In this document: positions 22,455 to 36,048 of the stretch, one piece after another
How positions within the stretch are numbered: the first letter of the stretch is position 1
Layout of the letters: each line of letters starts with the position of its first letter
DNA from: Lama glama
Lineage: Eukaryota
NCBI GenBank assembly: GCA_028534125.1
Contig: CM052841.1
Coordinates: forward strand, 40,858,001 to 40,922,000
Length of the DNA: 64,000 nt
Direction: 5' to 3'
The notes under the pieces: generated by a model
Told to the model about the DNA's origin: nothing
Database searches by the model: none
What the model saw: only the letters and a program-made list of their open reading frames with translations
Translations under genes and position numbers: made by a program

Positions 22455-24619
22455 CTAAGAAAAAAAGTAAAAGCCAGTTTTTCAGTGGTGCTATTCAACT
22501 GAATCCAGAAATGCCAGGCTTTCAGCCGTGTGTATACACGTGTGTGTGTTTAAATCAAACGTGGTTTACCTTAAATTTAAACAGATCAAGACTGATTATA
22601 CAAACTTGGGAAACTTAATTTCTTACTTCACTAACTAGCTTGGCCTGCAAAATCATTCATGTGGTCGTTGGAGTAGGGTGATATGAGAGATTCAGAAATG
22701 GGGTATGTGGGCTAGAGGAACAGCAAAAGACCAGATTCAGAAGACAAGTGAAAGATAGGGTTTTTTCAAGCAGGTGACTATGAAAAACAGGACGCCATGG
22801 CAGGAAAGGGGAGTCAGCCGGGATGAGTGAGGATAAGGAACATTTTAAGTTCCTTGTAAGTCTCTTGAGAGGCAAGTCAGGCTTTTCTTGCAAGAAAATT
22901 AGAAAGCCAAGAATTTGGCTGATGTTTCATCTTAGAAAACCTGCTTGTGTAACTGACCTTGTGGCTATTAAATTCTTTTTCCTATAAAATAAGAGCAATA
23001 TTTTAGGAGACATATTACTAATAATTACTGCAAAGTACAACCTAAATAAAAGAATCACTACTAAGAGCTGGGAAGAACCAGAGTTTTTCTTTTACTTCAT
23101 TTTATTTTGCAAGTAGGGAAACTGAGCAAAGATAGCATGGGAACCCAGGTCATTCATTCCAATGTTTACAATTTTTCCCACTACATTTATTAAAATGTCA
23201 TTCTTACAGAGAAAAGAATTATGTTGGATGCTTTGAAAAGCAACTTAGTTGATGACATTCTAAAGTTCACATGGCACTGTTACCTGAAGAAACCCAGGGC
23301 TCCGTGTTAACTAGAAACTAACAAGCTAAAAACTTCAGTTTCTAGTTTAATGAATAAAAAGCAACAATAACTTCACATTTTTCTACTCTGACCAAGGATC
23401 CATCGAGCCCAGCACTGTCTTTGACAGCAGCACTACCTAAGGGAGAGTATGATCATTATCTTCCAAATCTCAACCACAAAAATCAATGTACACCAATTCC
23501 ACTTTCTTTAATCTATTTTAGATCTATGATAAATTATCAAAATACTACTTGAATCTTTGTATTTTCAGCCTTTATTATATCATGAGGATAAGCAAGCAAA
23601 TAGGGCTATGTATCAGGCACTGTTCTAAGCATTTTATATGAACACATTTAATCCTCACAATCCTTTGATATAAGTACAACTGTCATTCCAATTTTACATG
23701 AGTAAACTAAGGCACAGAAAAGCAAGTAAGTTTTGCCTAAGGTCAAACAGGCACAGTCCAGCTCAGTCCACATTTTTAACCACTGAGCTGGGCCACCTTT
23801 TCATCCCTTCAGTATGAAGCACTTCATCTGAGACTTTCTTTTCAAGCTTCAATGTGTACAGCTCTGGATAGTTTCTAGACTAGGGAGAAAATCACATTCA
23901 TCCACCTCTTTGTTTCTGTATCCTCTCATTCTGAAGAGCCTAATTTTTCTAGACATAATCTGAACTACCCATTATCTTTAAATTTTTTATTTTACCTTAG
24001 AATATTTTCTGAATAAAAATAAATGATATGCTGACCAAAACTGTGGTTTCAGATAATGACAGGGCAATGTCTCCCATCTGAATTCCAATACCTCCCCTTC
24101 TGCTTTGTTCTGATGCAAGGTACCCTGGCCACTTTTCCTTTACTACCCCACTAAGAAAATCTCTCAACATCTGACTGCATCCCAGTCACTGTTAAGCTAA
24201 CCCAAATTCTGCCTAGTTTGAGCATTACGTGAACTTAGGAAGAGACAGAAGAAAATTATTAACACTAAAAGAGAATACTTAAAAATCTAGCTTACTAGCC
24301 ATAACTGGTCACAACTGAACAGAAGGTTTTATACTGATTTTATGTCTCCCCCCCACTATTCTTCAGCTAATCTATCAAGATACATAATGACAACAATAAA
24401 GCCGTATCTTTAGTATTTACTAGATATTCCTGGAAAAACTTGTGCTAGAAAGTAAGGAAGTACTAAAATACTGGTACATCTGTATTTTCTTGCCCTCCTT
24501 TCCCCGCCTGAACAATCTAGTCCTAAAAAGCCATGAAGTGGAGCAAGTAAAGCAGGCATCTGTGGGAGGGTGGGGGAGCCCCAAGAAAACGGTAAGGAAG
24601 GTCTCCTACACCGGCGGCA

Positions 24620-25119
24620 NNNNNNNNNNNNNNNNNNNNNNNNNNNNNNNNNNNNNNNNNNNNNNNNNNNNNNNNNNNNNNNNNNNNNNNNNNNNNNNNN
24701 NNNNNNNNNNNNNNNNNNNNNNNNNNNNNNNNNNNNNNNNNNNNNNNNNNNNNNNNNNNNNNNNNNNNNNNNNNNNNNNNNNNNNNNNNNNNNNNNNNNN
24801 NNNNNNNNNNNNNNNNNNNNNNNNNNNNNNNNNNNNNNNNNNNNNNNNNNNNNNNNNNNNNNNNNNNNNNNNNNNNNNNNNNNNNNNNNNNNNNNNNNNN
24901 NNNNNNNNNNNNNNNNNNNNNNNNNNNNNNNNNNNNNNNNNNNNNNNNNNNNNNNNNNNNNNNNNNNNNNNNNNNNNNNNNNNNNNNNNNNNNNNNNNNN
25001 NNNNNNNNNNNNNNNNNNNNNNNNNNNNNNNNNNNNNNNNNNNNNNNNNNNNNNNNNNNNNNNNNNNNNNNNNNNNNNNNNNNNNNNNNNNNNNNNNNNN
25101 NNNNNNNNNNNNNNNNNNN
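24620..25119. other. Assembly gap of 500 N in XPA intron 5; other gaps at 45035-45174, 50155-50376, 50730-50864, 52828-53071, 57642-57798, 58800-58931
   Basis: Runs of N; most fall inside L1 copies, as expected for a short-read draft. Confidence 0.99.
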
Positions 25120-25129
25120 TGAGCATAAT

Positions 25130-25990
25130 GACAGGACTGGACAGATTCTAACACTGATGAGAGAATAAGAATCCATGGTTCAAAACTGGTTCTAAATAAA
25201 GCTCTTCTTTCCAAAAGAAGCCAAATAATAATTGTAGAAATAACAAAAAGAGAAAGTCACCATTTATATCTACCCTAATAATAACTGACTCAGGCAAGAT
25301 TCATCCCTGTGTGCTTAAACCATTGATTGAGACTTAAGGAATGAGATGTTCACACAGTGTCAGTCACCCCACAGATTTCTTATTCATTACAAAGAGAAAA
25401 GCGTACCTTTACAACAGAAAAATCTGGCAGATCCTGCCTTAACAAAGCAACAAACTCACTCTCTTAGAGAACTGATACCACGTGTCTCCTAAGGTAATGC
25501 GCTCAGACACACCACCGGCCTGAATCTTAACTGTGAGGAAGCACACTGCTAATAAATCCAAATAGAGGGACATTCTGCAAAACAAGTGGCATGGACTCTT
25601 CGAAATGCCAATGTCATGAAAGAAAAAGGCTGAGGTACTAAAAGAGACTGGACGTGCATCATCCTCGACTGGCCCCTGGATCCAACAACTAAAAAGCTGT
25701 AACAGACACTACAACAACTGGGGAAAAGACAAATAATGCAGATCATATACTAGATAACAGCATTATATTAGTGTTAAGTTTATTGAGTGTGATTATTTTT
25801 TAGTTTTGTAGAAGAATGTCCTTGTTCAGAGCAGATAAATGCTGAAGTACTGACAAGAATCACAATGCCTACAAGTAACTCTTACATGGTTCAGCGAAGT
25901 TGTGTGTGAGAGAGAGAATAGGAGAGAAGCCAGTGTGACAAAATGTCAATATCTGGTGAAATAAAAAATATGTTTAAAGACCAGTAAGTT
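25130..25990 (+). mobile_element. Old L1 (L1MC/ME-like) fragment in XPA intron 5
   Basis: cctttacaacagaaaaatctggcaga...gaatgtccttgttc..aaatgctgaagta are L1M 3' motifs. Confidence 0.6.
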
Positions 25991-28900
25991 TTTCCCATTA
26001 CTTCATTTAAGCAACTTAAAAACTTTAGAAAGTAGAGGTCAATGACCCACTGCTGAGAATAAGAAGAGGGAGAAAGGTCAGAGACTTTATAAGACTGAGA
26101 AAAGGCCTGCTAGGTCTTGGGGGAGCTTAGGAAACCGTGGGATGGAGAGAGGATGTGCCAAGCAGCCCCGAAATCCTAACCGAGGCTGGAGAACAGAACA
26201 GCGACTCACCATGTTCCAGTCTGCTGGCCCCACTGGCCTAGAACTCCACAGCACGAAAACGTGTCGGCTGCTTCTCTTGGAAGGTTATAAAAACGTTCAC
26301 AGTAACATCAGTCTTGCTGACAATTACCTTCAGGAACTGCTGCTACTGTTTACCCAGCGTTTTCCCCTGAATGTTTGTTTCAATGAAAAATGTATTTTAT
26401 ATCACTCTAAAACTTATATTTTATTCAGCTTAATATCTTAATTTTGCAGGAAGTTTTGACATAAGGTGCCCATTGTTAACTAGAGGGGAAGATCACAAGA
26501 AAATGACAAAATGACATATGAAGTTTGTCCTCCATAAACCGAAGCAGAGTCACAAGAAACTATGTCCTTCAAACTCTCTTGAGAGGAATCTCAAACAGTC
26601 ATAAATATGACCACAGGCCCAGGATGTAAAATGTTCACAAACTTAGAGAAGAGACCCCAAAATAGGATTTTCTTACCCACCTCTTCTGGGGAAAAAAGTG
26701 CACAGTAACAAACAATGAAGATTAATTTTTCCTTTTTTTAGAAGGTTAACCTCTACTAGGATTAAGTAAGAGAAAGCTGAGTATAACTTTAAAGAAAAGC
26801 CTCACCTCCACCTTATCAGTGGAAAGGATCCACGCAAACCCAAAACGTTCTGTGTATTTGCACCAGTTTAAGTTCCTGTCTGATATCAAGGCCAAGGCAT
26901 ACTGCATTTTTAAAAATCTAATGAATTACTCAGCAGTGATACCATCATCCCTACTTCTGCCTTCCTGGATCTAAGAGATCTGTAACAATTTGAATTTGCT
27001 GACAAGAAAATTCTTTGTCTTTCACCTTGTCAATATTTATACATATATACCTTATATTATCTATACTTCAATTTTCTTCTGTAGTAAGATCAATTTTGTC
27101 TCAAACTGTAAAAGTAGGTCATATTCTAAAAGCAGGTAAATGTAATCTCTTACCTTTCCATAAAGAAGTAAACTTTGTGACAGCTTCTTTGTGGGTCAAA
27201 ATCAGAAGACCAAGAGGAACCAGGTTCCAATTTCTTTTCAACTAAGATTTTTAGACTTGCTTTTATTCCTCTCTGTTCTGAGCCTTCTGAGCAAACTGCA
27301 TTGTGAGCTCCTTGTTCCTAATCTCTACAGTGTCTACTCCACTAGTCAGGAGGCCTAGTCAGGAGGACAGGAACATATCCACCAACCTCTAAAGTAAGAA
27401 GAAGCCATAATTAAAGAAGGCATGGCATTGACCTCTGCACATTAGATGACACAATGACGTAATGTTTATACAACAGAGAGAACTCATGTTTTCATATGCA
27501 AGTGAAACAGAGAAACATTCTTAGATTTGTAGGGTCTTTGAAAACATACCACTCTTGTAACAAGACATGCTTCATCCAAATAAGGAATAAACTAAAGAAA
27601 CCTTAGTCTTAAGAGGTCTAAGAAAAAATTCAGGGCAAATTCAAACTCTTCAAGGATGAGGAAAATCCACAGTGATTTATCTGGTGGTTAACAGCAGTAA
27701 TGTGACATAGTGAGAAAGACAGCCAATTATGTTTGAGCTTACACCTCCTTTAAAAAACACCTTTGTGAATTACGTAAATCTTAAAAGAAACATTCTATTC
27801 ATACTAATACTTAATAGACATGACTATCTTGATAGAATTGTTACAGAAAAAGCATAAAGAAATTAAACAGATGCCATAATCTTTTATTGTTAGTCAAATT
27901 ATAGGAATTTAGTCACCTTTAGATGACATTTTGACCAAACTACAGAAACAGTATCTAAGAAAAATTACAGACCCCCTTTTAAAAATACTTCATCACTTTG
28001 CAGGTACAAGTTTCTAATTCCTTTATCCACGTATTACTGTCTACCCCAAAATACCATCTTGGAAAGTATGTTTAATGAGGCAGCAGAAAGGGAAGAGTTG
28101 AGGTGATTCAGGGAGCTGGAGTTGGAAAAACCCTGGACTGATCCGTGTTTAGTCTATAAATATGCCCTCCTCTTTTACACCCCTCAGTTAGTGCCTTCTG
28201 TTACCTTAACCTTCAAGGCTCTCCTCAATGTCGGAAGGGAGGAAGGGTTGCACTAGAACATGGAAGAGATTAAAGGACCAAATTCAAAAGGAGTCTTTCC
28301 AATTCCTCTCAGTTGGTCCCTTGCAGGTGTTTCTGAAGTCTATGGTACAGCAGCAGCTAATCTGGGGAAGATTCTTCAATGAAATGCTCTTATACGGCGC
28401 AGTTTGCTGTGGGAAACCTCTCTACAAAGCCATAAAATGTGCCTGCCCTCTGATTCAGGAAATGACATTTTGATTAACTATAATTTATATAAAGATGTAT
28501 ATAAGGATATTTACTCATGGGGTTATCTGTCTTGATAAACTTTTTTTTAATTAAACTTTGATTTTTATTCTTAAATATTAAGTTGATCCATTTTGTATAA
28601 TAAAATTTTTATTTGTAATCAAAATTAAGGAAGTTGAATTAAAAACTTGAAATAAGCTCAACTACTGTTCTCTTCGTGTAATTAGAGAATAAAGTAATAA
28701 TTGACAAACACTTGAACATTTACACCCAGGTCCAAGGCTATGTAAGTGGGTCCTTTACCTGCCTCCATTATACAACGTCTACAGGGGAAAACAAAACCGT
28801 TCTCTAAACAGTGTCCTTCTACAGTCACACATGCAGAGCTGCCGTATTCTTGTAACAGGTACATAATGTTCCACTGAAATACTATGACTTGGGGCTGTTG

Positions 28901-30316
28901 CTCTGCCCCATTTCACAGCTAAGCAATTAATATGTAATGTCTCATCGATTCCTTACAAACAGTTTTATCATCATTTTATAGTTGAAGAAGCTGAGACACT
29001 GAGATTAAGATTGAAAAAATTTTGATAAAATTCATAAATGTCCAACAGTGCTTCCATTTTTATTAAAAAAAAAATGTAAGGACCCGTGCATAGAAAATGA
29101 ATACAAGAATAGACTTTAAAATGTTACTAATGATCGTCTCTGGGTAGTCGAATTATGGGATAGAAGTTCTTTGTAGTTTTCTAACTTTTCTGCACTGTAC
29201 ATCAATTACTCGTACTGAAAAGGGGGAAAGAAGTGCCCCACAATAAGGGGGAGAAACAAGGCAGGCTTACATTCAATTATTTTTCTTTTTTGTTTAAGAC
29301 ATCTGAACTATATTCATTCACCTTCCAAAACCTCTTCTAAATCCTAAAAACACATTATTTATTCTGGCTAAGATACTCAATTTAGTGTATGTATAACCCT
29401 GTATATACACAGAATATGTGCTATCTATGTACACTTTACACCACACTGGGATGCACAGTCACTGCAGGAAGAACTTTTATGCCTACTTTTTGAGGCTCTT
29501 TTTAAGGATTCTGTGATACAGCAGAAAGCGCTCTTTGTGCCCCTGCAGTACCTTATGTTCATCACTATCCCAGTACTTGTCACACTCATGATTTTAAGTT
29601 TCCCAGTCTTTCTCTTCTGACAAACTGTGACTCCAGCATTTATGTTAGCACAGTGCCTGGAACATAGCTGACATTTAGTAACTGTTGGATGCATTCATGC
29701 ACAGGTGGACAGACAGACTTCTGCACATATGCACACATGGATGCATGCATGCACGAGTAAGTACAGAGACAGATGAACAGAGGAATGAATAGACAGATGT
29801 ATGGACAGAGGATGAATGTGCCAATGCAGGCTTTCAGCCGTGGAAGCCCAGCTCCAGACCCAAATCTCTAGCAACTATGTAACAAGTCGCTCCACCTTTC
29901 TAAGTCTTTTGTTCATATATAAAAGTAATCAGGCTTAGAAGGTGACTAAGACTTGGGCATTATTTTTTCATTTTAAGCAATTAGAGAGGTTTGTTGGTGG
30001 AAATCTTTGTCTTTTATAACTCCATGGATCATATTTAAGATTGAATTTATGCCAAATCCTTACCAGGGATACATCCCTGATCCTCCCTGATCCTGCCATC
30101 AATTCCTCATAAAAATGTGATTCACTTTAAGATGAGGGCTTGAATGCTTTTTTAGAACTGCAGTACTGTGAGGTATGGACTGCAAGTTTCAAACACCAAC
30201 CTACTGAGGGCAAACTAAGTCTTTTTCCCTTCAGTCTATGGAAAGAAACACATTCCAATCTACTGGTGATCCAGTTTATATCATTAAACTGGAACAACTT
30301 AACTAAAGGCTTTTTA

Positions 30317-30481
<165 letters not shown>

Positions 30482-32289
30482 CTACAATACAGAATCCATA
30501 TTTAAATTAGTTGCAATTCGTTGCTGTAAAATATTTATAATTATTAAATTCACATGTGGCCAAAGAATGATCTAACTCAAGTACAAGCTTATAAATATTT
30601 GAAATTTAAAAGATTTTAAATGTTGATCTAAGTAGCTCTAATATTACCTCCCTGTAAACCTATGAAGCCCTTAGTAAATGTATACTGAATTAGATTACAT
30701 ATGTGAAAAGCACAATAAAACAGGGTGTACCTGTATAAATAGAAAAGCTGTCCTCTGACTGCAACTGTTTCTGATTTGCTTTCACTTCAATCAAGGGAAG
30801 TACATGTAGTCAGTGAATTATATGAGTTTTGGCAGTATCACCCCCAACAAAAAAAAAATCTGCTGACCAATTAGCCATATCAGATCTAAATATGACGTCC
30901 TCTCCAAAAATCTCCCGCCACAGAAAATCAATTACTAACACTCTTCTCCAGAATCAATACGAGTTTCTATCCACTTGACTACTTCTGATCTTCGGGAATA
31001 GGAGTTTTTAAAAAAAAAAACTTTCATAGCTGAATGGCCTAAAAAATCTTTATTCTAGTTTAAAAACCTTGGATTGTAAATCTATACTCTTTATAATATT
31101 TATTTACATTTAGGGAAATAATATACACACAGAGAATTATGCTTGGGATATCTCTCACAAAATGTTAAGAATATCAACCAATTTAGCCAAACTAAAATTT
31201 CTTAACATAAAGTGATACACTGTTACTTCATAAATTCAAAACATCACATTTTCCACAATTTGACATCCTTGAAGATGCTGCATCACCAAAGTAATTAATG
31301 GTACTTTAACAACCTTGAGTCAAAAAGTGGTTCAGAAGAATTGGACTCTGAATACGAGGAAGTTTAGGAACACCTGAATAAATCTGCCTTTTCCTTTTCG
31401 TATACACACAAGCATGACATACAGCAAAAAACCTACAGGAAGTCTAATGGCACTATTTCACTAAGTATAAAGTAACAGCTCCAAGCGACAACACAGCACT
31501 GGTATCAATTCAATCTTAACTATGACCCACGAGGTTATAAAAAAACAGATTTCCACCAGCAAACCTTATTGCTTAAAATGAAAATCATTTTTTCATTTTT
31601 AATGGTACATAAAATAATTGTGGATCTTCTAATCAATAGTCTCGCATTTCATGAACATTCACTGTACAAGTTTAGTTTTATAATGTAGCTTCTTTATTCT
31701 AGGATTTTCTGATATATCCCAATTAAACTGTGCTCTAAAGCAATGCCCCCCAATATTTTAAATATAATGGCACAAATAGAGTCTCATGACTTTTTTACCA
31801 CCCTGGGGCCAGACACAAGGTACCCACCAGCCTGGGCACTCTAGCAGCCCCTGGTGCCGGGTGGCTAAGTATCCTGACACACCTGTAATACAACTGCAGC
31901 AAGAGGAGCTGAGAAATCTGCTCTGAGACACACTAGACAAACGGGGTCAGCTGACAGGGTTCCAGGTGAGCACTTCCCAAGTGGCGTAAAAGTTCTAGGC
32001 ATTGGTGAAATTTCCCAATTTTTTTTTATTTTATTTTGGGGGGGTGGGTGGGCATGAGAAACATGGTCTGACCCCTATTCCAAGCTTTCTTAGTTTCCAA
32101 GTTATACTCCTAACATCACCCAATAGTAATATATTTGCTCCAAAGTGCCACATCAAAAAGCAAAGTAAGGGAACATACTATTAAATGTCATTATGTATGA
32201 CTAGGACTCATGCAAAGCAATAAAATGAAAAGGATCTTTTTAACTCTCTGTAAGTAAAAATTAAATGAATTATAACTAGTTCATTGTTA

Positions 32290-32517
<228 letters not shown>

Positions 32518-32838
32518 TTAAATCCATTTATATAAGTTAGTTATTTGAAATAAATTAAATTTTCAAATTGCCCAAAAACCTAGGGGCATATATGCCAAAA
32601 GAAACATATAAAATACTGTTTCCTGAAACTCTTATGGTCAAATTGGCAGCATAAGAATTCTAAGAGAAAAATACTTCCTTTTACTAATTGTGAGAAGCTA
32701 TACTAGCAGCAGATAGATCCATGTCATTCAACATTTTAAGAATTTCTTTTTTACTTATTTAAAGTCCCTCTTTTCCACAAAGGATCTGAAATGACTTCCA
32801 TAAGTTCAGTAAATATAAATGGAAACTGAGACTCAATG

Positions 32839-32990
32839 GGGGATGTGGAAGGGTATAGCTCAGTGGTAGAGCACGTGCTTAGCATGCAGGAGGTCCTAGG
32901 TTCAATCCCCAGTACCTAAATAAATAAATAAACAAACAAACAAACCCAATTACCTACCCACCTCAAAGAGAAAACCTTAAAAAAAAAGAA
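32839..32990 (+). mobile_element. Full-length Vic-1-type SINE with a perfect 10-bp TSD, in XPA intron 3
   Basis: A/B boxes, (TAAA)n(CAAA)n linker, attacct..cc segment, A tail; TSD AGACTCAATG at 32829-32838 and 32991-33000. Confidence 0.92.
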
Positions 32991-33139
32991 AGACTCAATG
33001 AGTTAAAAAATGTAAGTTAAAGCTCAAAGTCAGGATGGGCAGGGTGTAAGGAATATAAATATGCAAGGTCCAACTGCCCCAAGCACAGCTGTTTTTCAAA
33101 GCCCAGGTAAAAATGGAGATATGGTCAATTAGACAGCTC

Positions 33140-33910
33140 TTCTCATTCATTTGTTCTCCATCTACATGCCAGGTATGTTCGAGGCACTAGGAATACAGAA
33201 AGAATAAAATAAAGCCTTGTTTTCATGCAGTTTACATTCTAGTTAGGAGAAGACAATTAATAAACAAACATAATGACAGATAAAAGTGCTGTAAAGGAAT
33301 ATAAAGCATGGTAAAGAATCAGCAATTTTCAGACAGACTGGCTGGGTAATCAAGAAGGCCACTGATGAGGGGACATTTAAGTAGGGCCCTTAAGAAGTCG
33401 GAGAATATGCAGAATCGCCAGAGAAAGAACATTCCTAGCAGAGAGAAGAGCAAATGCAAAGCCTCCAGGACAGGCATGCGTTTTGCAAATGGAGTTCACA
33501 GCAAGCGGGCGGTGACTAGAGATGCTTCAAGTAAGTGAAGGTGAGGGGTGACGGGAGATAAAGTCAGGGGTAGGCAGGGGCCTTGTAAGCAATGGTGAAG
33601 ACAATTTTATTCTAAATGGATTGGAAACCTCTAAAGAGCTTTGAGTAAAATGCTACATGGAGAAGAGACTAATGGTGCAAAAGTGGGCGACATGGCCAGT
33701 TAGAAGACTACCACCGCAATGGTCCAGGCAAGAGCAGACGGAGGCCCAGCCTAAGTAACGGGAGGAGGATGGGACACAGATGAATTCAGGACACAGTTTA
33801 CACAGAGAAACCAATGGATCTGGAAATTAAACATGGGATAGTGGAGAAAGAGCTAATGAATGAAGTTGGCCTTGACTGAAATGGTGAACACTGAAGAGGA
33901 GGCACACGAC
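33140..33910. mobile_element. L2 LINE fragment
   Basis: cattcatt..tgccaggtatgttc..ggcactagg..cattcctagcagag..agcaaatgcaaag are typical L2 3' motifs. Confidence 0.7.
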
Positions 33911-35155
33911 AAGGGGGGACGAAGCTGTAAATGGGAATAACTTTAAGAATGTTAACTAATTTGGAAGTATAAGCTAAAGGAGGGGACAGGTAAACCACTC
34001 TGTACTTATCTTAAAATTGTCAAAAATGCTGAAGAAAACAGAATGGAGCGCTATGTGCCTAATTATGTTTACATTTAAAAGTATATTTTTTCCAAATTAC
34101 TACACAACTTTCTTTAAATTGATACATAAGTTGCTTCCATTTTCCCATGGAACTAAGGTTATATGGAGTAATTCAGTCCCCGAACGCTATCTGTACTTGA
34201 AGGCGAGTGGCAACACTGTGAACCTTAACCACTGGGCACATCAATGGCACTGTTACGTCACTAGAAATACAGTTTGTAATTTATAATTCCAGTGGCTGCC
34301 AGAACATTTCCTGTCACAGATCTGATCATGAGACCAGGAACATCTCCCATCCTCTTTACCTTCTAAGGATTCTACTCAGCAACAAGTCAACGGTGAGGGC
34401 TCTCAATGTCTGCAGCAGGGACTCTGAAAGGGCAGGCCCTCCAGGCCGGTGGGGAGTTGATCTGGGGCTGTACATACAAGAAGTGGGAACAGGGAACAGA
34501 CAGGAAGGCTAAGTAAGGAGCCAAGATGGGATCCGTAGGTGTGACAGACCCCAACTGCAGGACTTGGCTGAGGAATTCAGTAGGGACAGAGGAACCACGT
34601 GAAGTGAGGAGGATTATTCTGCAGCGATACAAAAAGAGGATAAAGGTTAGGAGGAAGAAAAGAATGACAGAGTATGTGATTCTTCCTCATCTATTCTCTT
34701 CCCTGCCTATTCAGGAGAGTGAAAAGTGAACAGAAAGGTGTTCTGAGGGTACCAGGGCAGTGGCTGGAGAGATTATACTTCCTCCTCTCACTGAAGGTGC
34801 CAGTCCTCTGACCAAGATGTCAACACACCCTGCTCAGAAAATAAGATAGAAACAAAGGGATCCTTAGGGGCTGGGGGAAGAGAAGGGTTAGGAACCTGCT
34901 ACTGAGAGATAGTTAACACCCCTCCCTCCAGCAGACAGGAAAAGGACCTGTCTATGGCAGAATCAGGGGCATACTTCCTATTTATGTGGCATTAATTTTG
35001 ATAAGCACGGGCTTCCTATCTTTCTTTGGTAAAATGAAAAAAAGAAATTTTAGGAGACTCTCAAAACAAAAAACATGATTATTAAGAAAATATTAAATCC
35101 AAATAGATCTAATTATCATTTTGCATCTAAACTTACATGCAAACATTAAACTTTA

Positions 35156-35356
<201 letters not shown>

Positions 35357-35550
35357 CTATTTTATTAGCTTACTAGCAGGTATTTTATGCCTGATACAAA
35401 TATATTTACATAAAAGACAATATAAAACCTTAAGCAATCTTACATTTATCTAAAAAAAATTTTTAAGGAAAAAAGAAAAAAGAAAGACTACAAAGGAAAA
35501 AATTATCAATTCATCAAGCACTTTTGAACCCAAACCACATGTAAGGTACT

Positions 35551-36048
35551 CGCATTACTTTTGTATTGCTGCTATAACAAATTACCACAAATTTAGTGGC
35601 TAAAATAATACAAATTTATTTTCTTACAGATCTGTAGTTTAAAGGTCTGACCCAGGTCTCAGTGGGTTAAAGTCAAGGTGTTGGCAGGCTGCACTCCTTT
35701 CTGGAGGTTTTGGGGGACAATCTATCACCCTGCCACTTCCAGCTTCTAGGGGCTGCCTATGTTCCCTGACTCAAGACTCCCTTCCTTTATCTTCAAAGCC
35801 AGCAAAAACAGCTTCTTACATCACGCTGTTCACACCTCCCCAGACCCTCTTCTGCCTGTCTTCCACTTTTAAGGATCCTTGTGATTACATTGAGCCCACC
35901 TGGATAACTCAGAACAATCCTCTATCTCAAGGTCTTTAAACTTAATCATATCTGCAAAGCCCCTTTCCCACTGTAAGGTAATAAATTCACAGGTTCCAGG
36001 GTGATTAGGATGTGGACGTCCTTGGGGGCCTTTATTCGGCCTCCCACA
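35551..36048 (-). mobile_element. MaLR solo LTR (MLT1C/D-like) in XPA intron 2
   Basis: attgctgctataacaaattaccacaaatttagtggc...ttcacaggttccagg..ttattcggcctcccaCA. Confidence 0.85.

Noticed and set aside
24410-25214. Long ORFs of 193-238 aa, and similar ones near 45.0, 50.1-50.9, 52.8, 57.6 and 58.8 kb
   Set aside because: Artefacts of translating N runs as X
12701-27529. Shared 15-mer ACATTCTTAGATTTG at 12701-12715 and 27515-27529
   Set aside because: One or more such matches are expected by chance in 64 kb of AT-rich DNA; I could not extend the homology convincingly
21775-28510. Other RTATCCTT motifs on the - strand (near 21775 in the XPA 3' region and 28503 in intron 5)
   Set aside because: No partner exon or branch site; they show the background rate of this motif
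22515-29842. Shared 16-mer CAGGCTTTCAGCCGTG at 22515-22530 and 29827-29842 in XPA intron 5
   Set aside because: Borderline chance expectation; a 7.3-kb span of mixed old repeats does not look like one TSD-flanked insertion
32839-32917. tRNA gene call for the tRNA-like heads
   Set aside because: They have A-rich tails and TSDs and the four copies are diverged, so they are SINEs
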